The notes beneath the pieces were generated by a model. It was not told the origin of the DNA, did no database searches, and saw only the letters and a list, made by a program, of their open reading frames with translations. The position numbers and the translations under genes are program-made. A stretch of DNA of 63,928 nt, filler included, from Thraustochytrium aureum (lineage: Eukaryota), in assembly GCA_012862495.1 (NCBI GenBank). It is 3 parts of 3 records of this genome, joined end to end, with 100 filler letters (N's around TTAATTAATTAA, not from the genome) between each part and the next. Parts side by side here need not be neighbours in the genome. Positions count along the whole stretch, not along the records: positions 1 to 27,563 come from BLSG01000427.1; 2 more parts are not named here. One strand, 5' to 3'. Shown here one piece after another: positions 12,018 to 22,386 of this stretch. Each line of letters opens with the position of its first letter. Position 1 is the stretch's first letter.

Positions 12018-12755
12018 ATGGTGTCCGCGGACTTGATGCTCGACCCGTCGATCAGGAACTGGGTGCTGCTGCCGATCCTGCTGGTGATGGGGCTCGTCAC
12101 GCTGTGCAGGAGCTGGGTGCAGGTGCTGCTCAAGGATGATAAGCCCATGGAGATGGACAAGGTGGTGCAAATGCAGCTTCTTGCCAGGTCGCAAAAGGTG
12201 CGGGCCAACTCGAGGCTGCTGTCGCCGGCCGCGTTCGGCATGAGGAAGGAGTTCCTGACGGCCAAAGGGTCCGGCAAGCTGCGTGCCAAGGTGGAGGGCG
12301 GCGCGCCGAACCCGATGTCCGACCCGGGACAGATGCAGAACATGATGAAGAGCAACCTGTCGATGATGGTCCCGAACATTGTGATGATGGGCTGGATCAG
12401 CTACTTTTTCAGCGGGTTTGTGCTCGTCAAAGTCCCGTTCACCCTGACCGAGGGTTTCAAGCAGATGCTCCAGCGCGGCGTAGAGCTCCAGACGCTGGAC
12501 GTCTCGTACGTGAGCTCGCTGAGCTGGTACTTTTTGGTCATGTTTGGTGCGCGGGGCGCGTTCTCCTTGATGCTGGGCGAAAACGCCGTGCCGGACGACG
12601 CGCGCATGATGCAACAGCAGATGGGCATGGGCATGGGCGGGAACCCGATGCAATTCGACGCCAAGAAGGCTTTCAAGGGCGAGCGGGAGGCGTTCAAGTT
12701 TGTGGAGCACGCTTCAGTCGTGGGCGAGGCGGAGAGGGCGTTTCTGCGACTCTGA
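12018..12755 (+). CDS. EMC3: ER membrane protein complex subunit 3
   Basis: LDPSIRNWVLLPI, FFSGFVLVKVPFTLTEGFKQMLQRG, LDVSYVSSLSWYFL. Confidence 0.96.
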   Translation: MVSADLMLDPSIRNWVLLPILLVMGLVTLCRSWVQVLLKDDKPMEMDKVVQMQLLARSQKVRANSRLLSPAAFGMRKEFLTAKGSGKLRAKVEGGAPNPMSDPGQMQNMMKSNLSMMVPNIVMMGWISYFFSGFVLVKVPFTLTEGFKQMLQRGVELQTLDVSYVSSLSWYFLVMFGARGAFSLMLGENAVPDDARMMQQQMGMGMGGNPMQFDAKKAFKGEREAFKFVEHASVVGEAERAFLRL

Positions 12756-13050
12756 CCTGCCTGCAGTACGTTTTACGACCTGCTGGGCCTCGCAGAGGCT
12801 TGCGCCGGCGCGATGGAAGGCCGCCTCTCGCGCGCCTGCGGGGTAGTTTAGTTTGATGCCGCGAATGGGTCGGCCTCATTCACCATCCGTGTTGTTCGTT
12901 CTATCCATAGACGGTCCCACTTGTGGCACAGTTTTCATGAGCGCCACCCTGCTAAAGGGTTTGGGACGTACTTGCCGGGTCGCAGCGCTGGCGCTGCAAA
13001 CGAGAGGCGCCAGAGCAGTGTGCCCCCGCGCGTTCTTGCGGTTCTTGCCG

Positions 13051-14730
13051 CTATTTGCAGTCCGCGCCAACCGCAACCGCGACCGCGCCTACCTCTGCTG
13101 CAGTGTCACGGGCGTCAGCTTTGGCCGACTCGGCAGCTTTGCCGGGAAGGGCGAGTTCTTCGGCCAGCAGGTTGTCTGCATACTTGCGGTACTGGGCGAC
13201 CAGCGCCGCATCGGCGCGAACTGCCTGCACAAGCGAACTTTCGCTTTCAAAGTAGTCGATGCCGAGCCGAGCGCCCCTCGCACTCTCGACACCGGGTCTT
13301 AGGTAGAACCAATCGATCAAGCCAGACCCGCTGACGCACCGCCAGCCGGCGTGATGCACGAGGAACGGGTACAAGTTTTTGAAGCTGAGCTCTGCGAGCT
13401 CTTCCCGGACTGTTCGCGCTCGTTGCTCCAGTTTGCACTTTGCGCGCTCGACCTGGGTCTGCATTCGCTTGCGCGCTGCAGCATCCCTGACGGCCCGCTC
13501 TTGCTGCTTGACTTGGACAAGTTGCAGCATGTACTCGTCCGGGTCTTTGGACCACACAATACGGCGACGCACCTTCCTGCTTTGCTGCGTCGCCTTGCTT
13601 TCTGGCCCGCCGAGGCCACGCTTCCCCTCTCCCCTTTCCCTCTTGTTTTGGGCCGCACCGAGCTTACGCCCGCGCTCATGTCTGGCAGCCTTTGCCTCGC
13701 GCGCGGCAACGAGGCGCGCGGCACATGCATCCAGCTCGCGCTTCGCTTCCTCGGGAGCGATGCCGAACGCGTTCGCCATGCCGCAGGTCTGACCAGTCGC
13801 AGCTGCGCGAAGGGCCCTGTCCGTGGCGTCGAGCTTTTCAAGAACAACGCCTTGGGTGTCGTTGAGGAGCGAGTAACCGTGCATGCTTCGCGTCGAGATC
13901 CATATATTGACCCCGTATTTGACTGCGCCTGTGCTGGGCGGCATGGCGGCGTGCACGAGGCGCTCATCCAAGGACCCGTCATGTTTGATGTTGCAAAAGA
14001 GGATCGCGGTGCCGCGCTGCGGCTTGACCATGAGGCCGCCCAGCTCGGGAAAGACCGTGTGCCCGCCCGAGCCCTCTTCGAGTGTATTGAGGTAGACGAA
14101 AAACGTCACGAGCCGCACTGCGCCGTCCACGCTATCCTCCACGACGCTGTTGTTTTCGTCCAGCGCTCCAGAGTCGTGATGGAGGCTGTAGTGCTGCCCG
14201 GGCTGGTAGCGGACGACTTGCAGGGGCTCTGTGTTTTGTACGGGGAGGCCAACGAACTCGGCGGCGCGGCGCTCGATCTGCCGCGTCGTCTGGCAGCCAA
14301 ACTTTTTCAAGTGGAGACTGGCCGAGGTGCGTTCGATCGTTTTCATTCGGTCGCCGTCCTCGTTTTCAGTCCACGACCGCGACGAGTCGAACCGCGACTG
14401 GTGCTTCTCCAGCGTTTTATCGAATTGGCTCAGCTCGCTCTCGCGCAAAAAGTTGCGGATCGCATACACGTGCGGATTGGAGTGGAGCATCTGCATGTTG
14501 GCGCGCTTGAGCCCTGTGTCAGAGAGGAACAGCGCTCGCATCTGTTCTGAGAACTTGAGGACAGCTCGCCTCAGCGGCCGCGCCGCCAGCCTCCCGCCGA
14601 CACTGCCGTCCTGTTCCGAGTTCGCTGCAGCCGGAAGAGCGCTCCCTGCAGCACGCGGTCTTCCCCGATGGGCTTTGCCTCGCGCTACCAGCTGCGGCGT
14701 TGGAGCGCAGGCCCCGGCCTCTTGCGACAT
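13051..14730 (-). CDS. Prolyl 4-hydroxylase-like 2OG-Fe(II) oxygenase with long C-terminal extension
   Basis: RTS, EPLQVVRYQPGQHYSLHHD, RLVTFFVYLN, GGHTVFP, HAAMPP...KYGVNIW. Confidence 0.88.
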   Translation of the reverse strand: MSQEAGACAPTPQLVARGKAHRGRPRAAGSALPAAANSEQDGSVGGRLAARPLRRAVLKFSEQMRALFLSDTGLKRANMQMLHSNPHVYAIRNFLRESELSQFDKTLEKHQSRFDSSRSWTENEDGDRMKTIERTSASLHLKKFGCQTTRQIERRAAEFVGLPVQNTEPLQVVRYQPGQHYSLHHDSGALDENNSVVEDSVDGAVRLVTFFVYLNTLEEGSGGHTVFPELGGLMVKPQRGTAILFCNIKHDGSLDERLVHAAMPPSTGAVKYGVNIWISTRSMHGYSLLNDTQGVVLEKLDATDRALRAAATGQTCGMANAFGIAPEEAKRELDACAARLVAAREAKAARHERGRKLGAAQNKRERGEGKRGLGGPESKATQQSRKVRRRIVWSKDPDEYMLQLVQVKQQERAVRDAAARKRMQTQVERAKCKLEQRARTVREELAELSFKNLYPFLVHHAGWRCVSGSGLIDWFYLRPGVESARGARLGIDYFESESSLVQAVRADAALVAQYRKYADNLLAEELALPGKAAESAKADARDTAAEVGAVAVAVGADCK

Positions 14731-15465
14731 TCCGGCACCTTCTAGGACGTTCGGCGCTCTTCGGCGCGCTGCGAGTGGATACTGGCGCCTTCCCGGCCGC
14801 CGCGCAGCTGCAGCCAGCCCCTCTGGCAGCGAACTCTCAGGATTGGGTACTCGCCCGACGGGGTCCAGCGGCGGCGCGAAAGAAGGTCTGCCAGTGGATG
14901 CCCGTCATTCCATCATCCATCAAATTTTGAACGAGAGTAGAGCTGACCTGCTTGCGAATGGGCATCGTGGGCGTGGTGGAGATCATCGTGGGCGTGGTGG
15001 AGATGGAAGCACAGCATCGACCGAGCTCGAGCCTTGGTGCAGCCAGCGGCCCTTGTGAAGACAAAAGTTCTTGTGGAGCGTCTCGTGAAACAGCGTGGGT
15101 TCAAGGTCGTGTGCAGGTTTTTCACGGAGCTTGCATCGAGGCTCGGCGCGGCTTCAAGCTGAGGTCCTGCGCAGGTATTGAGGCCTGTGGGCGGCAAAGC
15201 GTCGCGGTCGGCAACGTCCAGTTCGGTGGTGGTAGAGTACGTACTCTGGCTCTTTGCACTTTCTCATGGTCAGTGGCAACTGGTTCGGCAGGGCGGAAGC
15301 GTGGGCCCGAAGGCGCGTGCGCAAGCGGCAAGGCAGTGGCTAATGTGGCGGCCGTTCTGGTCTGGAGCTCGAATGATGAATCTACTGTTTGGCTCAACTT
15401 TTGCGCCCTACCTGGTAGCTACGGTTGGCAGCGGCCTGCTTGGAATCTACATGTTTGCAAGGCGT

Positions 15466-17926
15466 TCAGGCCTGATCGCCTGGCTGGAATGTGTCGTAGA
15501 GCGGGGCAAACCTGTTGAGCACGCGGCAGTCGTTGCCCCACCAACAGTGCGGCGTCAGCGCGGCCTGGAAGCTGTCGATCATGCTCTCCGTTGTGCCGCG
15601 GAAGTTGCGCTTCACATTACGGCATGCGCTTCGTGCCTTCTTCTTGTTGCGGTACTTGGGGTCGTCGTTGATGGCCTCGCANNNNNNNNNNNNNNNNNNN
15701 NNNNNNNNNNNNNNNNNNNNNNNNNNNNNNNNNNNNNNNNNNNNNNNNNNNNNNNNNNNNNNNNNNNNNNNNNNNNNNNNNNNNNNNNNNNNNNNNNNNN
15801 NNNNNNNNNNNNNNNNNNNNNNNNNNNNNNNNNNNNNNNNNNNNNNNNNNNNNNNNNNNNNNNNNNNNNNNNNNNNNNNNNNNNNNNNNNNNNNNNNNNN
15901 NNNNNNNNNNNNNNNNNNNNNNNNNNNNNNNNNNNNNNNNNNNNNNNNNNNNNNNNNNNNNNNNNNNNNNNNNNNNNNNNNNNNNNNNNNNNNNNNNNNN
16001 NNNNNNNNNNNNNNNNNNNNNNNNNNNNNNNNNNNNNNNNNNNNNNNNNNNNNNNNNNNNNNNNNNNNNNNNNNNNNNNNNNNNNNNNNNNNNNNNNNNN
16101 NNNNNNNNNNNNNNNNNNNNNNNNNNNNNNNNNNNNNNNNNNNNNNNNNNNNNNNNNNNNNNNNNNNNNNNNNNNNNNNNNNNNNNNNNNNNNNNNNNNN
16201 NNNNNNNNNNNNNNNNNNNNNNNNNNNNNNNNNNNNNNNNNNNNNNNNNNNNNNNNNNNNNNNNNNNNNNNNNNNNNNNNNNNNNNNNNNNNNNNNNNNN
16301 NNNNNNNNNNNNNNNNNNNNNNNNNNNNNNNNNNNNNNNNNNNNNNNNNNNNNNNNNNNNNNNNNNNNNNNNNNNNNNNNNNNNNNNNNNNNNNNNNNNN
16401 NNNNNNNNNNNNNNNNNNNNNNNNNNNNNNNNNNNNNNNNNNNNNNNNNNNNNNNNNNNNNNNNNNTAGTTGGCGAGTCGGAGGGCGATACTGTCGGTGT
16501 CTTTGACGGCGATCGCGAAGGAGACGTGCTTGGGGAGTACGAGGGCGCTCTGGTCGGTGACTTGGTTGGGCTCTTTGACGGGCTCTTGGTCGGGCTCGTT
16601 GACGGGCTTCTTGGACGGGCTCGTTGAAGGGCTCGTTGACGGGCTCTTGGTCGGGCTCTTCGAAGGGCTCTTCGAAGGGCTCTTTGACGGACTGTTGGTC
16701 GGGCTCTTGGTCGGGCTCTTGGATGGTGATTTTGAAGGAGTAGCGGTTGGTGAGTCCGTCGGGCTGCAGGTCGGGATCGGTCCAATTTTGAAGCCGAAGG
16801 TGAGCGTTTCCGTCTTGCCATACTTTTTCCAAACCCATTTCGCTGACTGACTGTGCGGAGGAGATTTCGCTATCTTCCCAAACGAGTTCAAGCCTTTGTA
16901 CACGAGCTGCCCAGGATCATCTGGGTCAGAAATGAAGAATCGAAAAAACGACTCGGTTCCGTCCGTGGTTTGAACAGTAGAGTATTTTTGCCCGCACAAG
17001 TCGATGGTTCCAATGAAGCTCCCGGCAGTAGAATAGAGGTAGTCTTGACAGACAAACGAAAAGGTCGTTTGCGAAGACACAATCGGGACGTCGAACGAGA
17101 GGAGCTTCCCTATCCAGTTCTCGGTCCATACGTCTCCACCACTCGTTACGGTCAATTTGCCTATGCACTGCGCGTTTATCTTGGCAGTATCGCAGCCGCA
17201 CGGCGGCGGCGTGTAGGTGCAGGTTGTGATGAAAGAGGCGAGCTTGTTCGCAAAGCTCGGGATGTCGGCAAAGTCGACCCCGATGCGGTCCACGTCTTCG
17301 TTGTAGATTGCAACACCGTTGAAAAGATCCACGTTGACGTTGTCGTCAATCGGGACGTAGATGAAACGGTCGATGTCGCCTGCAACAATCATTTCGTTGG
17401 TCGCAGTGATCAGCTCGGTTTGGTCCACCGAGGGGTTTGGATTCCCGTCTGTCAGGATTATAACGATGCGCTGTCGCGTCGGCGGCGCGATTCGATCGTT
17501 CGCCGCGTCATCAAAGTAGACATCTCGCAGGTCTTCGATAACGCGAAGAGTTGCCGTAGTCCCGCCCTCTCTGCCAAGTGAAGAGACAAAGTTGTTGAAG
17601 TCGGAAGCCGACGAGTAGGTGTTCAAGTCCAGCCTGGCGTGCGTGCCAGAGTTGTCCGTAAACGTGTTTGAACCGAACTCGACCAGACCGTGCCGGTTCC
17701 CACTGGGCGACCCGATTCCAAGAATGCCCACCACGGACTCAAGCATGTCTTTGATGTGCGAGTACGCATCGGCCGAAATGCTGCCAGATTCGTCGAGGAC
17801 CCAGACAATGTCGAGCGGAACGTCGGTTGTGGTGCAAATTTCGGTGCCTGCGGTGCCTTCGGTTTCCGTGGGTATAAATGCGCCCAAAGCACAGAGGGCT
17901 GCTGCCCAGACTGATGCCCGCCACAT
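15466..17926 (-). CDS. Secreted vWA protein, paralog A (signal peptide, vWA, Cys/Trp beta domain, Ser-Pro repeats, gap, conserved Cys-rich C-terminus)
   Basis: MWRASVWAAALCALGA leader; LDIVWVLDESGS; IILTDGNPN; the C-terminus after the gap is nearly identical to that of 22387-24690. Confidence 0.85.
16467..16770 (-). repeat. Coding 12-bp repeats encoding SPTK/SPSK/SPST
   Basis: Visible tandem units. Confidence 0.9.
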
Positions 17927-20900
17927 GTTGCTTGCTTCGCAGTGAGTGTTGATCTCGCCCTTGCTCTCTTTCGGGTTGCCTTCTGATGGGTCGCTGGAAC
18001 TGTTTGGGGTTTGCCGCTGAGGTGCTGAAGCCCCAAGCCTAGTTGTCTCGTTTCGAGCTGCTCGATCTGAAGGACAGCGTATGCTCGTCTCCGGTGCAAA
18101 AGCCGGGCCATTCTACTTGCAGGGGCTACGCAGTTGGCTCGGATTTTGGAGCAGGAGAGATCGCACCCAGGAGGATCCTCCCTTGTCGCGCCTTTGACCA
18201 GCTGAGCTCAGCCGTGATGGGCTCCGCCACCGCAAACGCGAAATGCAGGATCTCCTCTGCAGGACGAATACGTAGGAGGCGAATAGGGGCATTCCTTGCG
18301 TCTGCCTACTCCTCTGCACGTGAAGACCTGGGCTGCAGCAGGTGTGATCCCTCCACTTGAACCACAAGCAAATCTTTCGTCGCAAGGTAGACGCTCGGTG
18401 ATCGTGGAGTCAACCAGACCGTCGCCCCTCCTCAAGTAGAATGTGCCCCTCCAAGCCCACCGCAACGCCCTGCCGTCGCCGTCATCCGCCGCGAAGATCG
18501 CCGCACACGGCTTGGATCTCATTTTGCGCTGCCCTGTCCGGATTGGCGACGGCGTGGCATTTTACTTGGGCAAGGCAAGGCCTGGAGTCGGTGCGAGGCT
18601 TGCGTTGGAGTGCCGTGTTGGAGGTGCAAGTCCAAGTCGGTCCTCTCAATGCTTTGCGAATTCTTGCAACACTGCTTGCGGGCTGATTGATTCGAGCGCG
18701 CATGGCCAAGTGTGAACTGCGAGCTGCAGCTCCCGCCCATCGCACCAGGAAAGCACGAGCCTGCTCAATCCAACGCGACGCGCTCGCTCAGTTGCTCCCT
18801 CGCGAAAAAGTGTGTTGGTGTTGCATGTTCGGGCGGCATGCCACAGCCGTCAGTCATCAGGACGCACGCAGTTTCCCTCGTCTCGGACAGGAAGGCGAAG
18901 CAGAAAATGCTGTGACACTCAGGTGCAACACAATCCAACCACGGTGTTGCAGGTGCGAGGGTTTCGCGACACCCCTCACTCGGCGCGCTTCTTGCCTGGC
19001 GATCCCAGGCTCGTCACCAACCAACCACAACGCGCCGCCTCGCCGCCGCTGCAGCGCGCGGCGGCTCTCTCGCGGAGCGTCTTCCAGGAGCGTCGCGTGA
19101 AAGAGCCTTGCCAAAGTGGCCTGGCCCGCTCGGCCAACGCGTGCCTCAATCAACATCACGCTCTTCGCATGCTCTTGGAACGCCAGAGCGGCTCGTGCAA
19201 TTTCGATCAAGAACCTTGCTGCGCGACGTTCAAGTTGGGGAAAGAAAGCATGCCATGTGGAGGATCGGGTCTCCATGCAACTTTTGAAAAGGGCGACTCA
19301 CCGACCGCCGCTCGTGCATTTTGGTCTTCACTGGGGCAGCCACCCGCCATGGCGNNNNNNNNNNNNNNNNNNNNNNNNNNNNNNNNNNNNNNNNNNNNNN
19401 NNNNNNNNNNNNNNNNNNNNNNNNNNNNNNNNNNNNNNNNNNNNNNNNNNNNNNNNNNNNNNNNNNNNNNNNNNNNNNNNNNNNNNNNNNNNNNNNNNNN
19501 NNNNNNNNNNNNNNNNNNNNNNNNNNNNNNNNNNNNNNNNNNNNNNNNNNNNNNNNNNNNNNNNNNNNNNNNNNNNNNNNNNNNNNNNNNNNNNNNNNNN
19601 NNNNNNNNNNNNNNNNNNNNNNNNNNNCAAGTCTCGCTAATTCCAAAGAGGGCAGCTCACCCTCCTTGCCGCAAGTGTTGAGCTGCGTGATCGCGGTGAG
19701 CCCGGTTGCGCTGCGTGAGGGGATTGAGAGGCTCGCCACTCGCAGCAGCAGGGCATGGCGCCACGATCCAAACCCGTCGCAGCTGCAACGCAGCGACACG
19801 CTCCCACTGCAAACCGCCGCCACCTTCGCCTTGCAAAAGTAGGCCTGCATCATCTTCCCTGTTCGGTGGTCGGTCTGACCACAGCGGATCTTGACGCGTC
19901 TCCCATGCATCCCGGCCGGCCTGGTCAACGAGTTGAATGAAATGCAAGCCGCTCAGCGATCCGGGGCACTGTGCTGCCAGAGCATGCATGCCCGTGGTTC
20001 TAGTTGAGGAGGAGAGAGCGGGCTGCAGCGACTGGTCTCGCCTTCTGGCTCTGCAGATTTCGGGACGGGGTGACGGGCAGCCAACGGACGGGCTGTTTTT
20101 CAATTGAACGAGGTCGGCAGAGCAGAGCAATCGAAGCTGGCATGAGTTGGCTGGCCTACAGTGAGTATTGGGACTAACAGAGGGTCGTGTGTGTCTGTTG
20201 AGCCACTTTCTTGAAATCAAATCAATCAAAAGTTGTTCAATTGAAATCAATGATGAGTCCAACACCCAGCAGCGTCTTCGACGACCTTCCGTCGGAAACC
20301 CCGACGTGCACACCGAGATCCACCCGCCGACACAGCTCGCCGAGACTTGTGCGGTGCACTCTCGGCGGGTAAGCAGCCGAAAAAACCAAATCACCGATCG
20401 CCTCTCCTTCGACATGCGCGGCAGCACGTATCGCCTCAGGTTTGGGGGCAGGTCTCAAGCCAGCCAGCCCCATGACAACATCTAAGGTAGAGTAGGTAAA
20501 GTACTGCTGGAGTTCATCCATCAATCCCTCCTCGCCCTCAAACGCAAAAGGTGCAGATCAAGTGGCGGTCTCCAGCTCGAGGTTGGCGGCCTCGAGCTCG
20601 TCCTTGGGCGCTGATCTGGCAAGTCGATCACGACCACTGGCAGGCCGCGTTCTCCTCGGCCTCGCCTTCAAGGGCTTGAGCGGGCAGACGCTGCGCTCGA
20701 CGACGCGGCGGATCTGCCAGCCATTTCTTGCAAGTTGATCGATTACATGGAAAGTTCTAACGGGACACCTCTGCGCGCGACGAGGCCGCGTGCTGAAGAG
20801 CCCCCAGCCCAGCCCCATAGGAACCAGACTGCCTCGGACAAGCAAAACCTCTGAACTGAAGAGGGCGAAGAGCCTGACGAAGAATGGCTTGACGATGTTG

Positions 20901-21620
20901 ACACGAGACGTCCATTGACGCTCCATCACCTCAGATCGACTGGCTGCACCACGCAACCTCTTGGTGGAGCAACCGGAGAAAACCAGCTGAAGCCTGCATG
21001 CCCCAGCCACCAGTGGCTGGCCTCATCAATCACGACTCAGAAGGGTAGGAAGCTAAGCTCTTGCCGACTTGTACCAAACAGGTCCATTNNNNNNNNNNNN
21101 NNNNNNNNNNNNNNNNNNNNNNNNNNNNNNNNNNNNNNNNNNNNNNNNNNNNNNNNNNNNNNNNNNNNNNNNNNNNNNNNNNNNNNNNNNNNNNNNNNNN
21201 NNNNNNNNNNNNNNNNNNNNNNNNNNNNNNNNNNNNNNNNNNNNNNNNNNNNNNNNNNNNNNNNNNNNNNNNNNNNNNNNNNNNNNNNNNNNNNNNNNNN
21301 NNNNNNNNNNNNNNNNNNNNNNNNNNNNNNNNNNNNNNNNNNNNNNNNNNNNNNNNNNNNNNNNNNNNNNNNNNNNNNNNNNNNNNNNNNNNNNNNNNNN
21401 NNNNNNNNNNNNNNNNNNNNNNNNNNNNNNNNNNNNNNNNNNNNNNNTACTCGAGTACTTTGCGTCGTGGCGGGACTGCCAGTGTTCGTGCGGGTGGCGT
21501 GCGCTCGAGCGTACGTGCTTGCGTGCGTGGTGAAAGGCTTGGCGCGGTCGCTGCGAATCGAGCTGGCTGTCTGTTGCTGGTGGCGGCGGGCTGGCAAGCG
21601 GGCGGGCGCCCCGGGCGGGG

Positions 21621-21995
21621 ATGGCGGGCGTCGCTGAGGCGCGGCTTAGCGTGCCGATCAAACTGTTGCTGGAAGGGATTAGCCATACGGTGACGGTGGA
21701 GATGAAGAACGGGGAGTCGTACCGGGGCGAGCTCGTCGACGCGGAGGAGTGCATGAACGTGCAAATGGCTGGCGTGGTTCACACTGCTCGAAATGGCCAA
21801 AAGCGAAAGCTAGAGCAGATCTTTTTGCGTGGTGCGAATGTCAAGCTCATTGTGCTCCCAGACGTGCTCAAGGAAGCAACGCTGTTTCGCAAGGTTGCCG
21901 GTATGAAGAAGAAGGACGAGCGCAAGGCCTCGTCAAGGCCAGCCGGCCGCACTAGCCAGCGCGGGCAGGGCCGAGGCAGAGGTGTGGCCACCTAG
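21621..21995 (+). CDS. SMD3: Small nuclear ribonucleoprotein Sm D3
   Basis: VPIKLLLEGISHTVTVEMKNGESYRGELVDAEECMN, LEQIFLRG...VLPDVLK, RG-rich tail. Confidence 0.93.
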   Translation: MAGVAEARLSVPIKLLLEGISHTVTVEMKNGESYRGELVDAEECMNVQMAGVVHTARNGQKRKLEQIFLRGANVKLIVLPDVLKEATLFRKVAGMKKKDERKASSRPAGRTSQRGQGRGRGVAT

Positions 21996-22386
21996 GGGAC
22001 CCTGGCAACCGCGCCAAAATCTTATTCGTGCTGTTTTTCGTGAGCCTCGACGAGAAAGGTTTGGCGCGATTTGTCCGCCACTGCTCGCCCCGCTCACGAG
22101 GACGGCGAGGTTGAAGAATTGCAAGCCTAACCCCCGAGAAAAAGTCATAGAAGGAGCGCGCACGATCCACTTCTACGCACGCCACACCAACTTGGTTCCA
22201 CCGCGTTTCGAAAGCGAGACGCCGTCCGGGGTCGGGTTCAGCGAGTCTGAGAGAGCGCGAGCCTGAAGAGCGCGAGCCTGAAGAGCGACCTGAACACGTC
22301 GTGGAGGAGAGACTGACTGTCTATCTGTCGGGAAATCAGATTTTAAAAAAGTTGTAAAGAAAGAACGTCAACACATTTCTTCTTCA

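Noticed and set aside
14960..15005. Short ~21-bp duplication encoding HLHHAHDDLHHAHDAH on the minus strand
   Set aside because: Two copies only and no credible gene context
13051..17926. Prolyl hydroxylase as a dedicated modifier of the adjacent Ser-Pro repeat proteins
   Set aside because: No signal peptide or anchor for ER entry; adjacency alone is weak evidence in a eukaryote
18000..21088. Short ORFs between vWA paralog A and SmD3 (e.g. 20237-20524, 20558-21010)
   Set aside because: No recognisable motifs; may be decayed coding sequence but cannot be supported
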